64,000 bases of DNA from the human T2T-CHM13v2.0 reference genome, Homo sapiens. This document shows positions 44,700 through 60,237 of this stretch, piece after piece. The notes below the pieces were generated by a model. It made no database searches. It saw only the letters and a program-made list of their open reading frames with translations, and had not been told where the DNA came from. Every line of letters begins with the position of its first letter. Position 1 is the first letter of the stretch. The position numbers and the translations under genes are program-made. The stretch lies in the NCBI RefSeq assembly GCF_009914755.1, contig NC_060926.1, one strand, 5' to 3'.

Positions 44700-45552
44700 T
44701 GTAAGGACATGCTACCTGGGAGACTCTGCTCATGGATGATATTAATGTTTCTGCCTCTGCCACTCAAAGTCAGCCCTACAAGTTACTATCCCCTAGCAAG
44801 GGAGCTACTCAGGGTTTAGAAACAAAGAACATTAAAAAGGCCTGTACATAGTGGTAGAATAACCAAATCAGCCTTTCAAATGCAAGGCAAAGAAGCATTC
44901 TATACTCACAGCCCAAATAAACAAAAGCAGTTTACCTCCAATGCAACCTAGAGTCCTAGCCTCGCCCTTTCTCTCCCTCTGGACTGAGACCTCTTTATTT
45001 CCTCTGTAGTTTCTCGGTGTCTCTTCTTTTCTCTTTTGCTTCCTCTCCCATTTCGTTTACTGACCATTATCAAAATTTAAAATTAACTTTTAAACACCCA
45101 TTTTGTGTAATTTTTAAAAAGTATGATGTTCATGCTGATCATGTCATTCCTGTATTGAAAATCTCTCAATGATCCCCACTGTATATACCACAGGATTCAA
45201 CCAGAAGAACAGAGAAGCTCAAAGCCTCTCATAGCCAGCCCCAATTTGTCCCTCAAACATCCTGCACTTCAATCAAACCAGACAGAGTACCAGTTGTTCT
45301 CACTTGGATTGTTCTTTAAACACTTCCCATCACCTACAAATAATGAAATTTTATCTTCTCTTCACAGCCTAAAATCAGCCAGTACCTTTTCTATCAAGCA
45401 TTGCTACACTGGGGAATCAGAATTCAAATGTTTTCTGTATACACAGCACTTCTGTATACAAACACATATATGTGTCTTTGAACATATATTTATTTACTTT
45501 ATTATCCAGTAGGCAACTGGTAGACCCAGAGTGTAAGACTTATTTCCTCTAA

Positions 45553-45553
<1 letters not shown>

Positions 45554-45606
<53 letters not shown>

Positions 45607-45634
45607 CAAGAGGGGGGAGAGAGAGAGAGAGAGA
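45554..45634. repeat. Compound microsatellite: (CA)18 followed by interrupted (GA)n
   Basis: Read directly from the sequence. Confidence 0.96.
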
Positions 45635-46359
45635 AACACAGACAGTGCCTATTATCTTATCTTAAATATAATAGATGTATCTTTAGGAAGCAGAAGTTTT
45701 AAACTGAGTAGCCAAGTGTTTAGAGACTTTCAATTTTACTTTCTCTTCCCCCACATCCTATTTTTGAAAATTCATGTAATCTCTGATTTTGTTTTCTATG
45801 AGCTGGTGACGCTGAACAAATGAAAATCATCAATCATTCTTGAAATTCATATTTCATAAGGTAACATCATAAGAGTTTCATGAAACTCCTCTGCCAGTTG
45901 CACTTTTAGCATGAATTTTTAGAAAAAGTATAGAATGACAAAAGGCTACTACACATTCAATAAGTCTTTAAAATATATTTGCATTTTGTTAACCATGGTA
46001 GGATCTGCATGCATTTGAAATTGGCTATAACTTATGTTTTGTTATATTGCGCCCCCTTTGACGCTTTTTAGAAAACAACATTTAAAACTACTTTTTGAAG
46101 AAACAGAAATTATGAAATTCTGATTATTTCATACACAACAAGGCTTGGACCATATAGTGTTAACCCAAGGATAATTCTTGTAAGAATTCTTCCCTATTCT
46201 CAACCCTCGGACTCTATTACCTACTGTTGTGAATGTCAATGAACTAATTATTGCTTGGCCTAACTTCTAGAATCCAACTTCATTCCAAACCTGCCCTTGA
46301 GTAAGGAAAGGAAGAAAGCTCTATCTAAGACCAGTGCAACGGGAGGATCTCATTTCCAT

Positions 46360-46700
46360 TTAGATGTTACAGGATATTTTAAAAAGTAGAATTGAAACTG
46401 GACTTAAGTTTCCCAGACCAAATGCCAGAGACAGTAGAGATGCTATAGCCAAAATAGGGAAGACAGGAAGACATGTCAGTTTCAAAAGGAAGGGCATGAG
46501 GTCAGCTAGTGGGTCATGATATGTTTGAGTTGAGATGTTCAGGAAGCAATTGGAGAGACAGGTCTGGAGGTCAGCACTACTAGAGGCAGAGATTTGGAAA
46601 ATATCTGCCAAAAGCGTAAGTGTCACAGGAGTTCATGAACTGTAGATTCAGAAAAAGTTTAAGGAAGAACCTTGTAAATACCATATGTCAGAGGTAATTG
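46360..46700 (-). mobile_element. L2 relic
   Basis: atgtttgagttgagatgttcaggaagcaattggagagacaggtctggagg...gatttgg typical L2 body. Confidence 0.65.
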
Positions 46701-46715
46701 GAGAATATGGAATTA

Positions 46716-47107
<392 letters not shown>

Positions 47108-47780
47108 TTACTGAGCACTGCCTGGGACTAGGCCAGGCACTTCAAATATGCATTCTCATTTAATTCTCACCATTTTCCCTTGATATAGACATTGCCAGTT
47201 ATGCCCATACATGTGAGGCACCAGATAAATTTGAGGCCCAGTGTTACAGATAATGCTACATTCATCGTTGAAGAACGGGGAAGGTGCATGAAGAAACCCA
47301 AGAGAAAGCAGAATTTCCAGCCATCAGATAGGGTATCAAGGAAAATGAGGCTTGGAAAAAGAGTCTTGGATTGTCAATATCACACGTTTGAATTCTTTGA
47401 GAACTGCACAGGGAAGTGACAAAGACGAAGTTAAGCTGTAGGATTGGTCCAGTGCATAAAGGCACAATTAATCAAAACTTAGCTAAAAACACCTGTTCAA
47501 TGACCAACCTATAAATGATATACGGTAACAGATTCTTGACACGACACCACTCATTATTACAGGGATTTGAACACTAAGTGAAACTGGTGTCTCTGAAACC
47601 GAACTGGCTTACCTAATAAATTCCCACTCTCACCCCAAAATGTGTTTCAAACAAGGTTTCCCACACTTCATTTACTTATGCTTCATTTTTATGAGTTTTA
47701 CCTTCTGAGAGTTCAATTATGTTCTTGATATGTCAAAAGCAACTTGCCATAAATCAAAGGCAACAATAAAAATAAAATCC

Positions 47781-47820
<40 letters not shown>

Positions 47821-48107
47821 TTTTTGAGACGGAGTCTCCCTCAGTTGCCCAGGCTGGAGTGCAGTGGTGCAATCTCGGCTCACTGCAACCCAACCTCTGC
47901 CTCCCAGGTTCAAGTGATTCTTTTGCCTCAGCCTCATGAGTAGCTGGGATTACAGGTGCGTGCCACCATCCACCTAATTTTTGACGGGGTTTCACCATGT
48001 TCGCCAGGCTGGTCTCGAATTGGTCTCGAATTCCTGACCTCAGGTGATCCGCCTGCGTCGGCCTCCCAAAGTGCTGGGATTACAGGTGTGAGCCACCACG
48101 CCCAGCC
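47781..48107 (-). mobile_element. AluS with (TAT)13 tail, linker deletion and short internal duplication
   Basis: Alu consensus; ggtctcgaattggtctcgaatt duplication. Confidence 0.94.
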
Positions 48108-48317
48108 AAAAGATTTTTTTAAACTGTCTGTCCTTATGCAGCATTTGAAAACCCCAGTACTTCCAATATACCTTCCTCACTTACAAAAGAGAACACTGGC
48201 GATCAGTTGGGTAATAAGAATAGCAAGTAGTTACTGGGGCTCTCTATGTGCACTTTCATTAATTCCTTTGATACCCCCAACAACGCTAAGAAGTAGGGGC
48301 TATTTTTAATTGGCTAA

Positions 48318-48930
<613 letters not shown>

Positions 48931-51104
48931 CTCAGTAGAATATTTTTTGAGCACCTGGTATGTCCTAGGTGCTGGGATAAATTCAAACCCCTTTTGTTAA
49001 ATTGATGGAAAAAGAGGGGAGTGGAAAGAAACAAACAAAGCAAAACAAATATATATATAAAATGCCTTGTGGTGAGAAACGTTCTGAAGGAGAGGAAAAA
49101 AATGACATATATTCCAATGGAGAAAACTGAGGCACCCAAATCATGCTGGACTTGCAGAGGGCAATGCAAAGTTCATGAAGTAGCGGAGCAGAAGTCAGAT
49201 GCCAAGAGAAAACTCCAGAGCAAAGATGTCCAGCCACGTCCGTGTGCTGCCTCCTCTCCTGCCGGATGCTAACTCCACTTCTTAGCACCAGTATCCAACC
49301 CATCAGGTACTGCCTGAGCACCCTTTAATGCTAGGCTTCGGGGTAAAAGAAAGAACAAGTGAAACTTGAGAAAGCATAATCACCTATATACAGTCAAGAG
49401 GGAAAGTGGTAAATGACACGTCTCTATGGTTCCTCCAGTGTTTGCCTATCTTTTCAGGACTTTTTGCTGAAATGAGAATGAGAATGAGGATGTAGGCAGT
49501 GGTTGGTCCATGTTACATCTTAGTAGAAGTCATTAGAACCCACCTAGTTAGACTTACAATCAGTGTTACATGGGGATGAATGTCACCTGGGAAAAGCGGC
49601 TGTAATTTCCTAACAAAGCCTATGTCAAATGAAAAGGCAAATTGGGGAAGACAAGGAAGTACATTGTACTTAGTGACCTTTCAGAATTTACCAAATGCTT
49701 AATCATCTACATAAGGTGCAAATATGCTTTAACGGCTTGACTTAACCTGGGAAGATACAACATATAAAAACATCTCACGTCTCCATTTACATTACTAAAC
49801 ACCAGCTGGATTAGTTGCCACACAATTGATGCTTATTAGCACCCAAAAGCTTGATGTGATGGCTACGGCACGGCTACTGCTCATGAATTAAAATGGACAT
49901 GCTCATACTTAAGGTATGTGTTTCCCAATTCAGAGATTTAAAATGAAGTTTTCCAAGTAACAATTATATTTTTATAACTCCTAAGTTCTCAAAAGTATCC
50001 TATTGTCTTATTTACCTGGAAGGAGTGCTGGAGAGAGAAAAAAAGAGGCAATTTTTATAAATCTATAAATATGTAATTTTATAGCCTTTTGAAAGAGTTT
50101 ACTATTTGCAATGCTCACCAAATTACATGCCCATGATAGAAATTTCTATTTCATAAAAGAATGTGATAAAAATTGACGATGCAGACTAGACCAACCTGTC
50201 AGGGACCTCAGTGTTCACAATGGCCTCAGGACAGAGCAGCTGCAAATCATCTGTCCCCGGCAATGTGAGCACAGAGAGGACACCCATCACGCTGCGTGGA
50301 ACTCCCCATTTAGGCAGATGAAAACAGGCGTGAGACTCAATGCACAACATGTAGATTAAGTTAAAAGGTTAATTTTCTGACTCGTGGTCTGGATAGTAGA
50401 GCTGTGGAGGAAAACGAGTTACCATATGCTCCGTAAATTTCCTTTCGGTTAAAAAAGATGAGGGAAAGAGAGAGAGATATGTCCTTGATTCCGTGCCATT
50501 AGTTCCGGCAGTGAGGATGCTCACTGTCACGCCTTTCCCAGGTTTGATCTGATGGAGGACGAACGACTCAGTGGTTAGACACAGGCTCGACAGTCAGACA
50601 AACACATTGAATGATGTTGCTGCCACTTGAGAGAGCAGGCGAGATGTGGCTCTTAACTCTCAGCTGTGGCTTCCTCAGCAAAATGGGGTTGATATTAAGT
50701 GAGGAATAATAATAAGAAACTGCCCACAAAGTACTTGGCACCAGCACTCAATACACCACTACCTGAGTCCTCTCCAGGAAACAAAGTTGGAGCCTATATC
50801 CCTTACAGGGAAGAACTGAGATTCTCTGAAAAAAAATAAAACGTTGCCAAGAAAAGAAGCTGGGAGGATAGGAAAGGGTCTACCAAGTACTTTTAGGGAC
50901 TGTGTCTCCAGAGTGATAGAAATAATGTATAATTCTTTTATAACTCTCTATTAGATACTGTGTTTCCCATTTTATTTTCTAGATAAAAAAAATTGAGGTT
51001 TAGCAAAGGTCCAACTGGTTACATAGCCAAAGCAGGAGTCCAATTGAGGTTTATCACATTTCAAAAATAATTATAACTAATATTTATTGAAGAATTATGG
51101 CTCA

Positions 51105-51448
51105 GCACTTTATATACATAATCATACTAAATATATAAGACACTCTTATGAATAAGGAAACACATTATTCCCATTTTAAGCTAAGGAAACTGGGGCATAT
51201 ACAGTTAAGCAGTTGCTTGAGTAAATATGGCTAATAAGTGACAGTGTCAGGATTTGAAGCAAGGCAGTGTAATTCCGGCACTTTATATACATAATCATAC
51301 TAAATATATAAGACACTTATGAATAAGGAAACACATTATCCCCATTTTAAGCTACGGAAACTGGGGCATATACAGTTAAGCAGTTGCTTGAGTAAATTTG
51401 GCTAATAAGTGACAGTGTCAGGATTTGAAGTAAGGCAGTGTAATTCCA
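51105..51448. repeat. Head-to-tail tandem duplication (173 bp + 171 bp) of a MIR segment
   Basis: Copies 51105-51277 and 51278-51448 differ by about 5 substitutions and one 2-bp indel; they contain MIR core cccattttaagctaaggaaactgggg...caggatttgaa. Confidence 0.95.
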
Positions 51449-51609
51449 GGTCACAGCCACAATACACGTGTGCCTCGAAGGTTGCAGGCAGGATACATGT
51501 GTCCCTCGAAGGTCATGAGCCTGATATACACGTCTCAAAGGTCTCCACCTTTCTCCTGTGTGCTCAGGAAACAACACAATCTAGTGTAAAAAAAAAAAAA
51601 AAAATTCAT

Positions 51610-51953
<344 letters not shown>

Positions 51954-51985
51954 TTAAAATGAGCAGTATTAAAATCTGAATCTAC

Positions 51986-52176
51986 CCCCGTCTCTACTAA
52001 AAATACAAAAAAAAAATTAAGCCGGGCGTGGTGGTAGGCACCTGTAGTCCCAGCTACTCAGGAGGCTAAGGCAGGAGAATGGCGTGAACCCGGGCGGAGC
52101 TTGCAGTGAGCCGAGATCGCGCCACTGCACTCCATCCTGGGCAACAGAGTGAGACTCTGTCTAAAGGAAAAAAAAG
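51986..52176 (+). mobile_element. AluY-like, 5'-truncated
   Basis: ggagaatggcgtgaacccggg...gagcttgcagtgagccgagatcgcgcc; TSD aatctgaatctac. Confidence 0.93.
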
Positions 52177-52779
52177 AATCTGAATCTACTACTTTGTCCT
52201 TACAACAACATAGGAATAAACTAGAACGTTGTGGAAATTGGATAAATTCAACATGCTCCATGTTCTCTTGGTTTAGAGGATTCTTATTAATAACCCTGTT
52301 CGGCTCTTGAGGCCTCTTCAGAATGACAAGTGCCTCTGATTAATGTCCACGTGCACATATTCACCTGCCGAGTCTCTCATCAGAAAATATTAAGAAGAAG
52401 GGGAGAGAAAAAGAGAAATAGAAAACTAAAGAGGTAGCTGAAATAGATACAGTTCCTCAAAAGATGCCCTGGACAGACCTTCACAATCTCCAGATACAGG
52501 ACAATGATTCAGCCCCATATGACAGAGGCTCCTGTGGTGAGGCCCACTGAGAGTCCACTCTCATTGTCACCTGGTCATTTACAGCTGAGTATGGAGGCCC
52601 CAGCCCCAGCAACCGGGGAGGTCCACCGGGGTCTGCCCGACACTGGGCAGTTACAGACAATGGGGCAAGAGCGTGTGTCTGTGCTTCCTCAGGGCCACCT
52701 TCTCAAATCCTTCTTAAGGATTCAACATAACATTGGCCTGGATCAGTTCTGAAGATATCAGCGGTTTATATTTATCTCA

Positions 52780-52925
52780 CAATAGCCCGATGAGGTTCAT
52801 TGTATTATTATTACCATTTTACAGAAGAGGAAATTGAGGAACAAAGAGATGAGGGAACTTATCTGTCACATGGCTAAGGAACTGTCGGAGCAGGGTGGAG
52901 TCCAAGGCAATCTGACTCCAGAGCT
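52780..52925 (-). mobile_element. MIR
   Basis: ccattttacagaagaggaaattgagg core. Confidence 0.7.
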
Positions 52926-53599
52926 CACAAGCTGCCCTGCAAACCCCTCCTTTTAATATTTCGCCAATTTCTGAGGCTCATGAGCAGAGACAAAGACATT
53001 CTTTCACAAGTTAAAAGTGTTTATACATCTTTCCCAGGCCCCACCCCTACCTAACCACCCCCAACCCCGCCGTTTCCCCTCCCCTTCCTTCTCTGTGCAC
53101 ACAGCAGACAAACCTTATCTGTTGTTTAAAACATAGAGTTATGCCTGTCTCATTCTCTCTTGTGTAAATGCAGCAAGATTCCTGATACAAAGGCCTGTAA
53201 TCCATAGTAAAAGTCTGATAAGCGTCTCTTAGGTGAAAGAGCAAACATATTAGCATTGTGGGAGAATGTACTCATTGAGTAAAAAATACACAGACTCAAG
53301 AAGACAGGGTGACCAGCATAAAATAGCAAATACTAGCCTTGCTACGCTGCCTCCCTAGTAATAATCCAGGCTCGGTAACCATTTAAACAGGAAGTGTATA
53401 TTAACCATTAGATGCATCAGCAACAGCAATAACAACAAAATTCGAGCAGCCAATTCAACGTTTTCTCTGCTCATGGACATAAGACTATAAATCCCAGCCA
53501 CCAACTGCTCACCTTAATCTTATTCCCTTTGAATCACCACAGCCAAGTCTGAACAACTTTTTCATTATAATATTATTATCTGAGTCTTGCAGTGCTTGT

Positions 53600-53765
53600 T
53601 TAGAAAGCATTTTCCTAAACAGTACCTCATTTAATTAACTGAATCATCAATACAACTGGTAAGGTAGGAGTTCTCCTTTTTCCCAGATTAGGAAACTGAG
53701 TTTCAGGGAGATTACCCAGCCAGCAGGAGCAGAAACTGGCTTTTCTGATTCTAGGTCCTGTGCTG
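53600..53765 (-). mobile_element. MIR
   Basis: ctcatttaat...cagattaggaaactgag core. Confidence 0.6.
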
Positions 53766-54059
53766 CTTCCCTGACACCATTTCCCCATCCTCTGATGCCA
53801 CTTCTATACATTTTTTAGCCTTGGCTTCTGGGTTCCATGCCCTCCTGTGCCATCACCAAATAGGCTACATTCCAGATTTCAAATAAATAAATGGCCCACA
53901 CAACTAAAGGCATGCTCTTATCCTCTGTCCGACATACTCTCTAACACAACCAGATAAAGATCAAAGTGGCATTTACAGGTCTCAAATACATCAAATGCAT
54001 GGATCATTAAAACAAAACAAAACAACAACAACAACAACAAAAAACTACGTATATGCCAA

Positions 54060-54230
54060 AAAAAGTTTTAAAGAAAAATTTTAAAAACCACTCCAAGAGT
54101 ACATACAATATAGTAATAGATGTTTTCCATGAGTAAGAGGATTGTGCATGGTTTCCTTTACTGCAATAGTCTATTCTTTCTAAATTTTCTATAATTTACA
54201 TACATGACACTGTTGCTTGACATCAGAAAA
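54060..54230 (+). mobile_element. Old L1 (L1M-type) 3' fragment
   Basis: gaggattgtgcatggttt...tttctaaattttctataatttacatacatg resembles L1M 3' UTR ends. Confidence 0.45.
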
Positions 54231-57030
54231 AAAAAGATTTCAGAAATGTTCAGTAGTGAAAGCACTGAAAAATTCCAGGTCTCCACAGGAAGGAAGGAAA
54301 GGGACTTTGCTGCAGGGGGCTGATTTTGCCCCACCTTGAGGAAGGCTGGAGAGGCTGGGAGAAGGGGCGGTCACCATTCACAAAGCACAGGAGGGAAACT
54401 GAGTAGACAGCTTCCTCTCTCCACCAGGAATTGTGACTTCTGGGAAACAGCCACCCCTCCCTGCAGGCTGCCAACTCTCTCCACACCTAAACACGCTGAC
54501 TTGTACCAATGGAAACGCCTAGCTTTTAAAACAAGGTTACAAATCTGTTGCATCCAGGCAGAGAGGGAGTTGATTATTCTACAGACAGAGCTAATTATTT
54601 TGACCTAATGCTTTGAGATCCTCCAGTATCAAATCTGTGACTCCAAATAAATGGAGAGGTCATTATCACATGTTATCTTTACGCCTGGACTTAAAAACAA
54701 AATTTGAGACAACGCTGAAGGGCATAAGCTTGCTCACTGTAGTAGCTTTAGTACAACACTTTCTGCAAAGTTGCTGACAATGGAGTATGAAGCACCAGTC
54801 TCCAACACCGAGGGTTTCTAGGTGTGACACCATGGAACTTTTAGACACAAAGCAAACAACTTTTGTTTTTCCCCTACATTTGAGGAAACCCACGAGTCTA
54901 TTTTCCTGGACATGAAGACAGAACACTGATAACAGAAAAAGGGCTCTCTTGTGAGTTATTTTCATCTGAGGATGTCCGACCTACCACAAAACCACCCAAG
55001 AAAAAGAGAGAAGAGCAGATTCAGAAAGCGAAATTATTTCAAGTGTTATGTTAACCGAATATCCAAATAATAAACACCCAACGCAAACAGTCCAGTAGGG
55101 GCAGGTAATAAATCATAATACTTGTGGGGATCAGACCTCATTAGATTTGAAAAAAGGAACATTGTTGCACAAACTGGTTATTAGAACAAGGTTCTCTCTC
55201 CCTGCTTTTTTTTTTTTCTCTTAAAAAAAAAATTGGGACAAAGCCCAAATCTTTTACGATGTAATTTCTTTCCTTATTGTACATGTCTCAGCAAGTCGCC
55301 ATCAGCTGTTATTTGTTATTAAGGATCTGTATAAACATTAAGGCAAAGAGACTGACTCATGCCACAGAACAGGAAGAGAAAGGATGTGATCACACTGTTA
55401 CTTTCATCTGCAGTCATGTTCGGCATTAACCATTATAGAGATGGCAGTTACCATTCTCTAACATGAAACATTTGCGCGCAGTAGGAAGCAAATTCTAGAA
55501 TGGAGCAAACCAGCAACGGGCTGGAGGACTTAAGGATGGGTGAATCCCTGCAGCAGGCATGAAGGTAGAGGTGGCTCTGCCACAGGGCAGCACCCTGCAA
55601 GAAGTAGGGGGACTGGGGGCCCATGGACCTCCTGGACATCCTTCTTGGGAGCAGAGAAACCACCCGAAAAAGCTACTAGGCTAGGAATTCTTAAATCTGA
55701 GGGCTGAGGGCTTTGGGTATATGATTTGGGTTTGGGGGACACATGGAATTCTGTTCTCTGGCTCCATGGGGTGTATCTGTAGCCCTGCCTCAAACAAGGG
55801 AAGAATCACAGCAGGACATCGTGGTCTGCAGGGGGTCAGTGCTTTTTCAGTCCAAAAATCAGCACCTCCTACACAGCCCAGATCGTACTCCTCCACTGTG
55901 CTGTGGGCAAATGGGATTCTTGAAGCACCACCACCTCCCCCTCCAAGTACCCTGGAGGTCCTTCAAATATTAGCTCTAAGTGGCTGAGGACAGAGTTGAC
56001 ACCTCAAAGGCTTGGGAATTAACTTATAACAGCTAATTTAGAGAGTCACATGATCAGCCAAGTGTACCCAGTTACAATCAAGTTAAGAAAATAATCAGAC
56101 TACGGCTGCTTTAATTGCAGCAAACAAATACGCTCTAAGACTACTCAAGAAAGCAAGGACAAGTGAGATCTACAATGAAAAAAATCTAACCCATGATTAG
56201 TATTGAAACTGCAGAATTAGGTTAAACTTTCTCTCTAAGGTAAGGTGAGAGCTCCAAATTCTAGTTAGCAGATGTTTATACTGGTAGGTTTATTACCCTA
56301 GTATAGATTAATAGATTAACCACCTCAATGCCTCTGAAATACTGATTATATTTTACATTCTTCAAAGCATTAGGACTTGCTTCTGCTTGCAAAAGCCACG
56401 CGTACTTTTTGAGCTTAAAAAGTCAGCATGCCTGGGACTCAAAATCCTCTTTCAAAGAATTTTGTATTGTTTAATTTTTACAAAATTCCTGGCAGCCCTT
56501 AGGCAGAAATTTCATAGTAATCACAAATGGAAGTAGAAAAATAAAAGACAGTTTAATTCAAGATTGAACAATAACAGAAAGGAAAAGTATGCAAAGCTAC
56601 TTCCTATATAAATAAGCACACTTCTTTTTCATCTCAGGGCTGATTCTAGATGATACCTTTTTCTTCATTGGTGTAGTATCTAAAAAGCTTTTTTTTTCTT
56701 TGAAGAACAAAGCCAATATAAATAGGATGAAAACAGTTATACTCATCTATCTGTCTCACACATACATTCGGCCTAATTTCTATGTATCTAGATATAGATA
56801 AAATATGTAAATGTCTATTTTATTTTTATTGTTTACATTAGTTATTCAAATCTAAATAGAATCTTCTTGTTTTTGTGCGAAGGCCATGATTTTTTTCTCA
56901 GAGAACGTGAGAGTCTTTAAAGACAAATATTTGCTGAGCAAAGGGATGACTGAATGAGAGACGAAATACCTTGTACTGAATTTCCCAAGGAAAACGTGTC
57001 AGGAACAAGGACCTGCAGCCCCATCACTGA

Positions 57031-57490
<460 letters not shown>

Positions 57491-57786
57491 TGAGAAAAAC
57501 TCAGATCAGTTGAGATTTAACATTCTAGTTCTGATTACTGGCCATTTTAATTTGCTAAGCAGGCACATGAATTAACCAAATTCCTAGTCATCACAAGGGC
57601 AGATATTAACTTTTAGTTCCTACTTAAGGAACCAACATTTTAGAACCCAGAAGACCAGAGTGAAAGTCAATGCAGTCATGCCAAAATTGTCTGTTATAGA
57701 TCCACACAGCCTTGGCCGGGCCAGGGGCTGCATTCTGCCACCTGGGCACCTTGTCTGTAGCTGGTGCCTTAGGCTTGGCCTCCTAA

Positions 57787-57927
<141 letters not shown>

Positions 57928-58765
57928 TGAAACCACCTTATTCTCAGCAGTTTTACTACCAGGCTCTGAGTGAAGACTGCAATTGGCAGACTTGGCCTTC
58001 TGTAGGGGGAGTCGGCCACTCTTGGGCAGACTTGCCTTGGCTCTTTGAACTCACTTGTGTTTAATCACTGGCTTTTGGGGGTGATTTGTTTAGTTGGAAC
58101 AGGGAGATGATTAAAAGAGAAAGGTAAATAAAGAACAACAACAATGAAAAATTGCCAGTTACATTTCATCTGAGCCATACATATGGCCTTGGCATAAAAA
58201 TGATGGGAAAGTTACATTGAACAATGTACATGCATTATAATAAACCCAGTATGTATCCTACCATCAGGCAGCCCCATAGCTCCAAAAACTTTTTTGTTGT
58301 TGTTGATCAAAATGTGTTACAGCCTACCATAAATACAATCTGTCCTCTTTAATCTGGTTTCTCTATTTCTGTTTGTGGACCTTTGCTAATATTTGAATGA
58401 GAAAACAGAGGCAGAGGCAGTAACTGCCCTCACCCCTGCCCCCGTATGTATCAATAAAGGATGCAGATGCGCTATTCACTGAGATGGCTGATGACTCGGA
58501 GGGAGGAGGAAGCTGATATGTTCCAAGCAGAATTTCAAAGGTGTGTCCCTGAAAGAAAAATGTTGAAACATGGGTCTACACCCATCTGTGTGACTCCTAA
58601 AGTCAATACAGCTTCTAAACACACAGATTACAGCACGCTGAACGAGTTCCAGTCTATGGAGTTTCAAAACATATATAATAATGATGGTACCGGGGGCTGT
58701 GCCTCCTCCAGGGAAATTGTTCTGATTTCAAAAGCATCCTGACTGTTAATTTTGTGACTAGTGTC

Positions 58766-58792
58766 AAAAAAAAAAAAAAAAAAAAAAAAAAA
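58766..58792. repeat. Isolated poly(A) tract (about 27 A)
   Basis: Read directly; no Alu body adjacent. Confidence 0.9.
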
Positions 58793-60237
58793 GCCTGTGA
58801 GGGTAGGATTCAGATTATAAAGATCAGAGAGAGAATCTCTCCCTTATGAAAATCCAAACAACCTTCTCCAGGGCTATCCCCACTGTCACTTCTGGATACC
58901 ATTGACAGGCAGACTCTTTGCCACCTTGGGTGCATACTGGAAGAGCCAGCAGCGCCCTACCAGAAGAGTTCTGGGCAAAAGATCCTTGTGAGTTACCTTT
59001 TCCCACATCTGCGTGACACTCCATGTGCTTCACACTTAAGGAAATAAAATATACATATAAGAACAGCCCTAGGTAATTATCCACTGATAATTCATATTTA
59101 ATCTGTTGAATCTAGGTAGGCAGGGACTCAATTTCAAAAATCATGCCAACTACTTCTCTTGAAGGATAACAGATGAGATTTTTAACTGATGTCTTTATAA
59201 GGATTCCCAAAAGAATGATTTAAGAATGGCCTGCAAGTAGCATAAAGCATATCTTGTTTACTAAAAAATGAATTTGTGCAAAAACATGCCTGTAATTAGT
59301 AAATCATTGGTGTTCCACTTACCCATAAGTGGCTCTGGGAAATTTCTCTGCTCTGTTTCTGCCCTGGATTCTATTTTGATCTGTGGATCTTCTTGGCTAA
59401 TCCATATCCAGTACTGCCCTAAATAGGTTTTTCTTGTATTGGAATGCGTTCTCATTACCTGCAAGTGCTCCAAGTTCTAACACAGGCACCTAGAAAAGGT
59501 CTCACCCCCTCAGATGAAAAACTGCATCTTGCACATGCTGGTAAATGCCTAAATTGGCCTTCTTCCCTGGCCTGGCTACAGTGGCTGTGGTTGTGTGAAC
59601 TTCCCTACCTTTTAGAAGAAAGAGAATAAGCAACTTCCAGGCTGTGACTATCCCTGGAACCCATGGTCAATTTGTTAGCTCTGTCTAAAAGTCTCAATAG
59701 TCAATAACTTTTTGATTGGTTCTTCTTTGTTCTACTAGGGCTGTCACATTTAGCTGAAAATTTAATTTTATGCCCATAATCAAACTCAATAGCCTTTCAG
59801 TTCTGTGTAGTTGTACTTCCAGTTGCTTTTCCACCTCAAGAAACAGTTTCTGGGGGAAAAAAGGTAAATAACTCAACTCTTTCCAGTCGACAGAGGTGCT
59901 CTTCACTTGAGCATCTACATGATTTAACTTTTTTGTTGACCAGAAAGCATATATTCACAGCATCCAATCTAAGCATATGTGCTATACTGGCTAATTTCTA
60001 GCTGTCTGGGATTAACTTCATCGGCAATTCGGGGTGCAGCTTCTGCACGTTCTCCATCGCTATTGGATCCACAGACCTTTTCAATCTTATCCAGTTAAAA
60101 AGAAATAAGCAGCACTATTCTCTCTCTTGGATCTTTTACTTAGCAAGGGAACCTGGAAATCACTTTCAACTGGGTGTCATCCAGAGTCAGCCTTAGTGGT
60201 GTGGGCAATACACAAGTTTACCTGTGGCTTCCAAAAT

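Noticed and set aside
58766-58792. Poly(A) as the tail of a processed pseudogene
   Set aside because: Upstream sequence shows no recognisable mRNA, and only a short tgtga echo rather than a real TSD.
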